From: an uncultured Acidimicrobiia bacterium
GTDB taxonomy: Bacteria > Acidobacteriota > Terriglobia > Versatilivoradales > Versatilivoraceae
Length of the DNA: 64,000 nt
Assembly (NCBI GenBank): GCA_963786955.1
Contig: CAWBAT010000008.1
Coordinates: 192,001 to 256,000, forward strand
Direction of reading: 5' to 3'
The notes under the pieces are model-generated. The model worked only from the letters and a program-made list of their open reading frames with translations, was not told where the DNA came from and did no database searches. This document shows positions 32,767 to 42,418 of this stretch, piece by piece. The position numbers and the translations under genes are program-made. The stretch's first letter is position 1. Each line of letters begins with the position of its first letter.

Positions 32767-34010
32767 TTATTTTCCTGTTGCCACGGGTTGGTTCTTGAGA
32801 ACGGCGCTGGCGATTTTCTCAAACTCGACGCTGCTTAATAGAGCTTTGTTCTCAATAGAGGCTCTGCTTGACGCGGGCTCAGGATCTCATTGATCTGGTC
32901 CGCAGTGGCTGTCAATCCACGCCGTTCCAGGTGTTCTTCGATATTGGCCACTCCACTCCCTTTGCCTAAGGCAACGTCGACTCCCGGCCGTCCGACGACT
33001 TCAGGTAGGAAAGGAATATATTCCAATGGCTCAATATTTTTGCAGCGACGATGGAACATGGCGACGATCCCGGACTCGATGTTGTAAAGGGAATCTCCAA
33101 CGATGGGCCGATTCGGAGGAAGGCGGAAACCGGCAAGCTCTTGGACGAGTTTGGAAAGCTCGTAGAACTTTTCCGTCTTAATCCCGGTCTCTATCCCGTA
33201 AAGAACCCGAAGAGCCATGACGGTATCTTCCAAGGGAACGTTGCCTGCCCGCTCTCCCGTTGCCGACACCGTCACATGAGCCACCGATGCTCCGTTGGCC
33301 AGAGCCGCGATGGTGTTAGCAACCCCCAGGCCGAAATCTTCATGGCAGTGAATCTCAATGGGCTGTTTGAATCGAGCCCGAAGCTTCTTGACCACCATCG
33401 CAATTCCCTGGGGCGTGCAAACTCCAAAGGAATCGGCTAATGTCATGGCATCCATGTGCCCTTCCGTAGCCACTTTCTCGACGAGATCGAGATAACGTTC
33501 TAAATCGGAGCGCGTGCTGTCGATGGTGAAAAAAACTGTGTAAAGCCCTGCCTCCTTTGCGGCCAAGGTGGTTTCGATCGAAGATTTGATGGCCCAGTCC
33601 ATGGTCTTTCCCGTAGGCATTCTTAATGATGTGATCGCTGGAAGGGATCTCGGTGATGATGCCTTTCACTCCGCATTCTTTGGCCAATTTCACGTCGGCC
33701 GGCATACAACGCGCGAAAGAGAAGATCTCAGAGGGGAGCCCCAGGGCGACAATATCCTTGATCGCTGCTTCATCTTCGGCTGAAACAGCCGGCATCCCTG
33801 CTTCGATCCGATGAACTCCGGCTTCCGCCAATTTCTTGGCAATCGCCACTTTCTCTCTGCGACGAAACACAATGCCAGTTTGCTGCTCGCCGTCACGCAA
33901 AGTTACATCATGGATTCTAATCTTGGCCGGAAAGTTCAGATCTTTTTGCGCTTCGGCGGAAAAATTCCAAGGGCTTGCAAACCAACGCTCCGTTTTCCAT
34001 GGCAATTCAT
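32767..34010 (-). CDS. DRE-TIM metallolyase (LeuA/homocitrate synthase/HMGL-like; frameshifted)
   Basis: HDVTLRDGEQ, IEAGMP, HCHEDFGLGVAN, GERAGN, ESGI and LGKGSG. No LeuA regulatory domain. Confidence 0.85.
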
Positions 34011-34503
34011 AAATATCCTCCTTAGTTTGATGGCAGAAAGATTGGGAATAATTCACTCGACAACAATCTCTGAATCTAGTCATAAGGGAGAGTCGTGTCA
34101 AGTTCAAATCATGCCGCGAGATCGGGTTTAAAATCACTTCGCGGCGGACATAAAGTTGAAGGCGAGGTTGTGTCCTACAGCCAAGATGGGGCCTCTATCC
34201 GTCATTCTGAGGGTCACAGTTTTTTTTGACTTCGTCGACTTCCTTCCGGAGCGTTTTATGGAGTCAAGGCGGCAGAGCATCTCGTCCCAACTATGACTAA
34301 GAGGAAGATGATCTATCGAGGGAAGTTACGGGTGAACGAAACCTTTCAGAGCCAGCTAAAAAAAATCAACACTGGAATGAACCAGAAACTTAGAAGTCGG
34401 CAGCGGTGGTTCAGCGTCGTGACAATTACAGCGTTTATCTATGGGCTGCTCGGCATCGGATTTTTCCTCGCATTTCATCCTCTCCAATCTGCAATCCCCA
34501 GTT

Positions 34504-37182
34504 TTACTCTCCCCGCTCCATCGAAATAAAGGCGCCGTCGTCGCTCCGCACGCCAGGTGATCCCCCATCATTGATGACACCGTAGGCGATAAATGGATTG
34601 GATCCGCTGACCCGTGTAATTCGCGCATATCCTTGAGTTGTACCAGGAGCCTTAGAGAGTATCGACGAAATCTGCATCCACTGCTTGGCGGCCAGCGTGA
34701 TATCTTTTAAGGTTTGAACTTTTTCTCCTTTTTCACCGTCAAAAAGCTCGACACGAAATACATCCGCAGAATCATCGATCTCACCGGTATTGATAAGAGC
34801 AAGATTTGTCCGATTTTCTGAATTCTGTTGCAGCCCATAGATCCAAGCCGTGGAGTTGGCAGTTAGACCTTCAGGCACAGCAAAATAAAAAAGACCATAG
34901 TATCCGTCTCCCCCAGGCGCCGCTGTGCGTGCGCTCAAAAACATGCCTGTCGCGTCCGCTACCAGGCCAGCCTCGACCATTGCAAACAAGGATCCTGCGT
35001 AAGTTGGTCCAGCCGCCCCAATCCCCGGGGTCTCTTTCGAACGCAGAAACTGGACAAAATTGGGAATGATCTGTTGCTCCAGTGGCTGAAGTTCAACCTG
35101 ATATTTTGCAGTAGAATTTGGGGCCTGAATCGCGTCCGCCACATAGGAGAGATTCAATTTCCTGCTAATGGTCGTAAGGTTGGTTACCACAACTTCCGTC
35201 TTGAACACCGGAGTTTCGACGACAACAGGGAGTGTCAGCCGGTTAACCGCATATTGAAAGATTGCTGTCATCGGCGGAATAAAGGAACCGTCAGAGGTTG
35301 TCTGGTCATTGATCACAGCATAGGCAAAGTAGGGTGCAGTGGCCGATTGTTCCGTGGGTTGAACTTTCACCATGCCTTGACTCAAGGAAAGCCCATTTGA
35401 AATGAGAATATTGCTGATCTGTTTGAATTCTCCCGGCGCCAGGGTTACGTCCGGGAGTACCTGTGTTAATGGATTCTTGGGGTCTCCCGAAATAACCGTG
35501 AGACGTAGAGTAATGCTGGGATCTGCAGATGTCCCTGCATGCAAGACCGCCACATTGCTCCGATCCTGATTGTTCTGCCTGAGGCCACACAGATAAATCG
35601 ACTCTCGGAGAAAAGGCAGGGAAGCATGAATATCCGGGTAGGCAAGTCCGGCACGTCCCTCCTGCGTTTTTGTCGTTGTCCTCACGGTGACGGCGACGTC
35701 CGAGGGGGAGGAAAGCTGTTTGAATTGGGCGGCCAAGGTTCCGCCTCGATCACCCGAGTCAGGAACTGGAATGCCGATGGTTTTTAGCCATGAAATGACG
35801 TCCGGGATAATCAGTTGTTTGCCTGCATCCACCATTCTGCCGCCTGTGCCGCCGCCACCGCCGAAGGAGGGGGTATAGGTGAGCCGCATATCGGTGGCCG
35901 TGGTTCCCCGATTGGTGATCGTCATTTCTGAAGTATAAAAAGAATTGTTCTGTCCTGAGACAGAGAGAACGATTGGGACCACGGTGTTGACTACGCTCGT
36001 GGTGTTCAACAATAAATTGACTTTGTTGAAATTGCTAAGGGCCACAGCCAGGTCCGGTTTTCCGTCGGCGTTTAGATCCCCGACGGCAATCCCCTGCGGT
36101 TTTGAAGCACTCAGGAGGGGAACTCTACCTCTACGTCCTGAGAACCCCCCACGTCCGTCACCCGTCAGTAGAGACAAAGTAGACGAACTCGAATTGGTCA
36201 ACACCAGGTCGAGGTTGCCGTCAAGGTCAAGATCCACGGCAGCGAAGTTGCCCAGAGTCTCACCGGAACTTGCCGGTTGATCTCGCTTGGGGAAGAAGCT
36301 CCCATCGCCTTTCCCGAGGAAAATGGACACAGTTGTTTCTCCCATAGTGGCAAGGTCGGTCTTCTGATCTCCATTGAAGTCGGCAGACAGAATCCAAAGA
36401 GGGTCGGTCGAAGTTGCCAAATCATTCCTCTTTCCGAACTTGCCGGTTCCGTCACCTAGGAGTATTGTGATCTTATCGTTTTCAACGCAGGCTGCAGCCA
36501 AATCCAGCTTATTATCCCCGTTCAAGTCGGCGGCAACGAGCCCAACCGGGTTCACTTCAACGGCAAAATCTGCCTTGGGGCCGAAGGTCCCATTTCCAGT
36601 TCCCAGGAAAACTGATACGGAATTTGCCCCATAATTGCTGACCGCCAGGTCGAGCTTCTGATCGCCATTGAAGTCTCCAGTAACCAGGACCGCTGGATTG
36701 GCGGCGGTCTCAATTTCCGTGGTGTTCTGAAAGAAAAAATCTCCTTTGCCAATTAGAACCGATATTGTATTGGAACCCAAATTTGAAGCTGCCAAATCCA
36801 GCTTGCCATCTCCATTAAAATCTCCAACTACAAGTCCTGCGGTGACTAAGCCTGTTGTGGTCTCGCCAAAGACACCTCCAAAACCTCCGTAACTTCCGGG
36901 CAGGATTGCGACAGTCCCCTGTGCAGTCGTACTGGTCCCCGGCTCAGCACCCGGGTTAGCCACCGCTAAGTCTAAATAGCCATCCCCATTGAAATCGCCC
37001 GTTACCACTGAATAAGTGAAATTGCCCGTATTGACGGCGGATACTGTGGATACTTGGGAGTTGTCAAAAGTGACCCATTGTGCTGCAAGGATTGAAGAAA
37101 ACACAAGAAGGAATAAAAGTAGAATCAGCCCGATGATTGAGATGCGGGCTAACTTTCGCACATGCGAAACTTTAGGGTTCAT
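34504..37182 (-). CDS. Secreted FG-GAP/VCBS repeat protein with a repeated C-terminal beta domain region
   Basis: AAGGAGG RBS and signal peptide; about seven GD(F/L)NGDG..DL(A/V) repeats; C-terminal RSN/RTN...AY.V.ND...DG modules. Confidence 0.85.
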   Translation of the reverse strand: MNPKVSHVRKLARISIIGLILLLFLLVFSSILAAQWVTFDNSQVSTVSAVNTGNFTYSVVTGDFNGDGYLDLAVANPGAEPGTSTTAQGTVAILPGSYGGFGGVFGETTTGLVTAGLVVGDFNGDGKLDLAASNLGSNTISVLIGKGDFFFQNTTEIETAANPAVLVTGDFNGDQKLDLAVSNYGANSVSVFLGTGNGTFGPKADFAVEVNPVGLVAADLNGDNKLDLAAACVENDKITILLGDGTGKFGKRNDLATSTDPLWILSADFNGDQKTDLATMGETTVSIFLGKGDGSFFPKRDQPASSGETLGNFAAVDLDLDGNLDLVLTNSSSSTLSLLTGDGRGGFSGRRGRVPLLSASKPQGIAVGDLNADGKPDLAVALSNFNKVNLLLNTTSVVNTVVPIVLSVSGQNNSFYTSEMTITNRGTTATDMRLTYTPSFGGGGGTGGRMVDAGKQLIIPDVISWLKTIGIPVPDSGDRGGTLAAQFKQLSSPSDVAVTVRTTTKTQEGRAGLAYPDIHASLPFLRESIYLCGLRQNNQDRSNVAVLHAGTSADPSITLRLTVISGDPKNPLTQVLPDVTLAPGEFKQISNILISNGLSLSQGMVKVQPTEQSATAPYFAYAVINDQTTSDGSFIPPMTAIFQYAVNRLTLPVVVETPVFKTEVVVTNLTTISRKLNLSYVADAIQAPNSTAKYQVELQPLEQQIIPNFVQFLRSKETPGIGAAGPTYAGSLFAMVEAGLVADATGMFLSARTAAPGGDGYYGLFYFAVPEGLTANSTAWIYGLQQNSENRTNLALINTGEIDDSADVFRVELFDGEKGEKVQTLKDITLAAKQWMQISSILSKAPGTTQGYARITRVSGSNPFIAYGVINDGGSPGVRSDDGAFISMERGE

Positions 37183-37201
37183 TGTCTTGCCCTCCTTTTC
37201 C

Positions 37202-37786
37202 AAAAGGCCCTCAGCGCCTTGGTGCAAAGCAGAACTCGGTGAGGCTGAGAAAATCGCACTGGGGTATGACAAAATCCACAGGGGTACAAAGAGTGGCTGG
37301 AGGTCGTGTGACAAGACCAATCCAGTCTTTGGGTCTGAATCGAGAAGGCAGGCGGAGAGCGCCAAAAATCAACGATAAATTCTTTCTGGAAATTTTCTTG
37401 TTGAGAGAAACTTTCGGAGGGACTTGAACGCAGGCAACTGCCGAGCTGGTTAAGATCGAGAAAGGGACGGGAAACGGGATACATGAGCACCCCCCGAGCC
37501 TTCATCGGGTCCCGATAGGCCCTGAAAGCCCCCTCCCCTTATAAAGGTTATGCTATACCTCTCCTTCTAATCCTTCAAGATCTGGCAAAAGTTTTTTTAT
37601 TCAGCGATGGCTAGAACAAGAAGTCTTTGATCATCATAGGGATAGTGAGCGGTCCCAATTATGAATGGGTTGTGAACGACCACTCGGACCCGAAACTTAG
37701 AGGCCATCATTCGAATTTCTCCGGATGGGGTGCACACTCTGCAGAAGGAATACGGATGCCTTAGGTCCCAGCGCTGAGGGCCTTTT
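37202..37786. repeat. Perfect 16-bp inverted repeat pair enclosing 553 bp
   Basis: AAAAGGCCCTCAGCGC at 37202-37217 and GCGCTGAGGGCCTTTT at 37771-37786. Confidence 0.8.
37550..37578 (-). promoter_or_regulatory. Candidate sigma70 promoter pointing to the FG-GAP gene
   Basis: Minus strand TTGAAG-17 nt-TAGCAT. Confidence 0.45.
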
Positions 37787-37805
37787 TCGAGGCGTGGATG
37801 TGTTC

Positions 37806-37965
37806 ATTGCAAATTTCGGAATGCGGATTGCGAATTGGAAAAGAGATCGTCGGGCTCATACTCGTTTCGACCCGCTGGTTTTCTGGCCGGGACAACGAGC
37901 TTCGCTGGGCTCTCAAGTCTTGAGGGGTAAGTCAAATCCGAAATCGACGATCCGAAATCCGAAAT
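37806..37965. repeat. Inverted heptamer tandem arrays (ATTNCGN x5, then CCGAAAT-like x5)
   Basis: ATTGCAA ATTTCGG AATGCGG ATTGCGA ATTGGAA, 90 nt, then GTCAAAT CCGAAAT CGACGAT CCGAAAT CCGAAAT. Confidence 0.8.
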
Positions 37966-38165
37966 TCAACTTCCCACTGCGGGCAAAAATCGATCACCGT
38001 GGCTTCGAGAACGGAATTTGCGCAGGGGGGAGATTTAATCTCAACTACATTGACGGGCCCCTGTCCTCTGATGACAGAGAGGTTTGCAAATTTGCAAAAT
38101 TATGATGTAACATGACCCGAACTCAAGCTGGACAAGCGATACGGGAAACCAAGAGAGGAACGCAC

Positions 38166-39727
38166 ATGATGAAGAAGAGCGAGCAACGAGGTTTCGTGGT
38201 GGGTTTGATGGCTTTTCTGCTCCTTCTGACAATAGCCTGCTCGAAGGATTCGTCAAAACCGCCTGCCAAACCACAAACGGCAGAAAATCCGCCCGCCTCA
38301 TCTTCAGTCGCTCCACCTGCATCTTCAGTCGGGGAAGGCACTCCTTCAAATCTGGAAGAGTCTGTCGAAGGCAAGCTTATCGCCCGGAAATGGACAGGTG
38401 ATCTGGACGGGATGATCGAACGACGGCAGATTCGCATCCTGACGACTTATTCAAAAACCGGCTATTTTGTTGATAAGGGAACCCAGCGAGGATTGGTTTA
38501 TGACATCTTCCAACAATTTGAAGATTCCTTAAACAAGAAACTAAACAACAAGAATGTTCGTGTGCATGTAGTATTCAAGCCGGTGGCACATGACGACCTG
38601 ATTCCGGCATTGTTGGACGGGCGGGGAGACATTGTCGCTGCATCAACGCTGGTTACGGAGTGGCGGCGGGAGCAGGTCGACTTTACGAATCCAACGCGAT
38701 CCAATGTCTCCCTCATTGTGGTTACAGGACCCGGAGCGCCTCCAATGAAGGGGATCAAGGATCTTGCAGGGAAAGAAGTGTATCTTCGCCTTTCGGGGGT
38801 GTCTCCTAAAGCAGTGGAACAATTCAATGCCAATGCTGGCCACGGACGGGCTTCCGCCTGTCAAGATTATCGCCGCACCCGAGGTTCTGGCAGACGAGGA
38901 CATTTTGGAGATGGTCAATGCCGGTATAGTCCAGATCACCATCGCCAATGATTTTGTTGCCGAGTTCTGGAAGCAGATTTTTCCGAATCTTGTGCTTCAT
39001 AAAGATGTGGCGGTCAAGTCAGATGGACAGACGGCGTGGATGATTCGCAAGAACAGCCCGCAGTTAATGGCTGAACTCAACGCTTTTATTGCGCTTTTCC
39101 CTGAAGGGTCCCTGAGACGGAACCTGCTCTTCAAAAAATATCTCAAAGACACTAATTATGCCAAGCAAGCAACCTCGAAGCAGGAGATCGCCAAATTCCA
39201 GCGCGTCGTCGAGTATATGCGTAAATATAGCGACAAATACGGACTCGATTATTTACTGATGGGAGCCCAGGGTTACCAGGAGTCCGGGCTCGATCAAAAC
39301 AAGAAGAGTCGCCGTTGGGGCTGTCGGCGTCATGCAAGTAATGCCTGCGACAGGCAAGGAATTGAAAGTGGGAGATATTACGCAGCTTGAGCCCAACGTT
39401 CATGCCGGAGTGAAATATATCCGTTTCATGATGGACCAGTATTATGCCAAAGAGCCGATGGACGAGCTCAACAAAGGCCTATTTACTTTCGCCTCTTACA
39501 ACGCGGGACCAGGCCGAATTAAGCAACTGCGGGAGAAGGCAGCCCAGCGGGGGCTGGATCCAAACAAATGGTTTAACAACGTGGAAATTATTGCCTCAGA
39601 ATCCATAGGCCGCGAAACAGTGCAATATGTCTCCAATATCTACAAGTATTATTTGGCGTACAAGATGGTCACAGAGCAAAGAGAACAGCGAGAAAAGGCC
39701 AAGAAGGAGGCCATCTCAAAGAAATAG
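38166..39727 (+). CDS. mltF: MltF-like lytic transglycosylase lipoprotein (SBP_bac_3 plus SLT; frameshifted)
   Basis: Lipobox LTIAC, WTGDLDGM.ERR.IR, YQESGL (catalytic Glu), MQVMP.T, ASYNAGP and ET..YV. Confidence 0.8.
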
Positions 39728-39858
39728 GAAGGATTTAGGACAAATATGGGAGGCTACTTCCGGGAGAAAATAGAAATATCTTCAAAAACCGGGGTTGTCG
39801 GTGTGGGCACCAGCTCCCATATGGGGACACAGCCTCCCCACTTCTAATCAAGCAGGGC

Positions 39859-39956
39859 TCTCGCCAAGCGCGCCAAGACGTTATAGCTCTTTCCGCCTTA
39901 CGATCCCTCCAACTAGGGTTTAACCCATTCTCTGTGTCCTTTGCGCCTTTGCGAGA
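39859..39956. repeat. Inverted nonamer pair with no enclosed gene
   Basis: TCTCGCCAAG-CGCGCCAAG ... CTTTGCGC-CTTTGCGAGA; same motif flanks the GxxExxY remnant (4480-4497 and 4955-4972). Confidence 0.65.
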
Positions 39957-40140
39957 AGATATTCTTTCTGATTCTGAAGGATATTGTTTATGCGGTATAT
40001 AAGCGAGCCTACCTCAATGTGGGAGCCTACATCCGGCAGGCGACCAACTGGTACTCAAACGGTAAGGTGGCCGGTGAGGACACCGGCTCCCAAGTTCGAA
40101 TTACGCCGAAGTTCTCGCTGAATTTCAATTTTTTCCCAGC

Positions 40141-42273
40141 TCACAGGGACTGGTCTGTCCGAACTTCGAAGATGTCGACTTTGTATTGGGATGTTAGAGG
40201 AAGTATCACTCCTTTCTGGAATTGCTCGCCCAAGAAGTTCCCCAACGCATCTCCACTCATGATCGAGCGGACTCTAAATCTTCCGGCAGGATAAGTAGGC
40301 AGTTTGATCTCAACCTGGGGAGTCTCGGTTTCGTTCTTGAAGATCGCGATGAAGCCTTCGCCTCGCCGGCTTAACCGGGCATAGCCGTCCCACGCCATGA
40401 CGTTTGGTTGATACCAGTTCCCCAGCGGAAAAAAGCTCTCTTGAAGGGGCACTTCCCGACGAAGTTGTTTGAACCAGCGCACTTTCTCTCCAAACCATTT
40501 TACCTGTTCGGGAGTCAAATTCCTGATGTCGCCCATGAATACGGGAGTGGATCCAATGGCGGTGCCGAAGCGCTCTTCCGGATCCGGCATGTCGGCGCGG
40601 ACGAGCCCGATGATCATGCCTTCTGCCGGAATTGCCAGAGAACGGTGGTAGAGCAGCATTCTCGCGTTGCGCGGGCCGGCCATTTGCGGTGTACTGTCGT
40701 TAACATTCGCCATCCAATCGAAATCTACATAACCGAGCAAACCGTAATCAATGATGTGGGATTGTCCCCAGGTTTCGTAGGTGACGTCCAACAGGATATC
40801 GGGATGTTTCTGGTAGATCTTTTCGCTCATGATCCGTAGCCCGTCGTAGATGCCTTGCAAGGACTGATCCCGATTTTCATGATGATGTCCCTTGGCCCAG
40901 CAGCCTGCTCTCCAGCGGCCATAGGGGTCGAACGCCGTCATCAGGTCCATCTTAATATACTGTGGGCGGAATTTATCGATAAGCTCAATAATGCGCTGTG
41001 CCACCCAGTCACAGTAAGGCGAGTCGAGGCACATGAAACGGTCCCCGTCTTTGGGGAAATCAGATACTCGTTCATTTCCATCTTCGTCTCGCATGACCCA
41101 TTCGGGGTGTTCCTTGAAAACCTGACTCTCCGGGCTGACGACGACGATGGGGAACCAGAGTCCTAATTTCATTCCGTGGGTCTTCAGGAGTTTCTGCATG
41201 CCGTCGAGCCCTTCCGGGAACTTAGTCTTATCAACCTGGCAATCGTTATAGTTGTCACACCATCCGGTATCCAGGGTGAAATTGTCAAAGCCCATTGCAG
41301 CAGCGATGGGGACCAATTCATTGATCGTTGACTCTGTGTAATGCCAGTAAAAGGGGTCCCAGGTATTGAAGAACCAAGGAGGCGAATACGCATTTCCTTT
41401 CTTCAGGATAATTTGAGAGGTGTACCAGGGCATCACCCAGCGAGAGTCTGCCTTGCCTCGATCTTTGATGAAAAATGCAATTCCACTTTTGGCGCTGGTA
41501 AAAGTTTCTCCGGGCTTGAGGCTTCGCTTGAAGGGGAAGAGATCCGTGTCATACATGACACTGACCCCTTCACCAAAATTAATCATCTGGGTACGCTTCA
41601 TCCAGCCCGGGGCCTCATTCATAATGACAAACCCCTCTTGGGTACGGGGATTCATCTCGATGATTGCCGGTTCTTCAACACGGCCGGTGTAAAAGACCTC
41701 GCGCGGATGGACGCCATAGTACCCCAAAATCAGTTGTTCACTGGGAGGGGCGGCGATGAGGTCCAACTTTTCGAAAGACAAGCGATTGAGAAGAAGGGAT
41801 TCATTGCCGTTATTTGTGACCGATATCCATTTCCGAACGACGGGATGGCTCGCATAAACGGCATAAAAAACGGAAACTTCGATTGGTTTATTTTTTGCCC
41901 TGAGCCTAATTTCAAGTTGTTTCCCGGATGAGGTGATTTCAGAAATGTCGGACCCGACGAGATCGAAATGGGCGGCAGGACCCGGGGCTGCCCCCATGAG
42001 TTGCTCATTGCCAGAGTAAAATTCAAACTCGACTCGCCACTGCTGTTCTTTTCGCCATTCTTCGTCGTTGGGCATCGGAACCAGAAAGTTCGTTCCCGTC
42101 AGTTTGTGCTCCCAGCGTTCAGTGTAGAGACCGTGCATCGGTGCGTAGAGTAAACTCCGTTCCACAAGTCCGTTGCCGATTTTCCAGGTCGTGCCGTCGT
42201 CGCCTTTTCGAACATATGCAGGCTCGCCTTGGGCAGCCGCCAGCAGAGTAGAAAATGAATTTGAATCCTTCAT
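40141..42273 (-). CDS. Glycoside hydrolase family 36-like (alpha-galactosidase clan D)
   Basis: FNTW, LDTGW, KFP.GL, GLWF, HPEW, CLDSP and YIKMD (nucleophile) motifs. Confidence 0.8.
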   Translation of the reverse strand: MKDSNSFSTLLAAAQGEPAYVRKGDDGTTWKIGNGLVERSLLYAPMHGLYTERWEHKLTGTNFLVPMPNDEEWRKEQQWRVEFEFYSGNEQLMGAAPGPAAHFDLVGSDISEITSSGKQLEIRLRAKNKPIEVSVFYAVYASHPVVRKWISVTNNGNESLLLNRLSFEKLDLIAAPPSEQLILGYYGVHPREVFYTGRVEEPAIIEMNPRTQEGFVIMNEAPGWMKRTQMINFGEGVSVMYDTDLFPFKRSLKPGETFTSAKSGIAFFIKDRGKADSRWVMPWYTSQIILKKGNAYSPPWFFNTWDPFYWHYTESTINELVPIAAAMGFDNFTLDTGWCDNYNDCQVDKTKFPEGLDGMQKLLKTHGMKLGLWFPIVVVSPESQVFKEHPEWVMRDEDGNERVSDFPKDGDRFMCLDSPYCDWVAQRIIELIDKFRPQYIKMDLMTAFDPYGRWRAGCWAKGHHHENRDQSLQGIYDGLRIMSEKIYQKHPDILLDVTYETWGQSHIIDYGLLGYVDFDWMANVNDSTPQMAGPRNARMLLYHRSLAIPAEGMIIGLVRADMPDPEERFGTAIGSTPVFMGDIRNLTPEQVKWFGEKVRWFKQLRREVPLQESFFPLGNWYQPNVMAWDGYARLSRRGEGFIAIFKNETETPQVEIKLPTYPAGRFRVRSIMSGDALGNFLGEQFQKGVILPLTSQYKVDIFEVRTDQSL

Positions 42274-42418
42274 GAATCCAACCTCCTATTTAGGATGAAA
42301 AAGAGTGCCCTCCTATTTTAGGAGGGGTAGGGGGGTGGTAATTGAGTTGAGAGAATTCACCACCCCTGCCGTAGCTGACGCCTCGGCTTCCCCTCCTCGA
42401 CTGAGGAGGAGAGGCGAT

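Noticed and set aside
34293-34529. Small ORF with one hydrophobic helix
   Set aside because: No recognisable family, weak RBS and overlap with the FG-GAP stop on the opposite strand; cannot be supported.
18560-39400. Frameshifts in prs, rplY, pth, rplI, dnaB, alr, radA, ispD, ackA, mltF and others, read as mass pseudogenisation or programmed frameshifting
   Set aside because: Essential genes are hit, motifs are otherwise intact, I noticed no in-frame stop decay, and there is no shared slippery motif. Uncorrected long-read indels explain it best.
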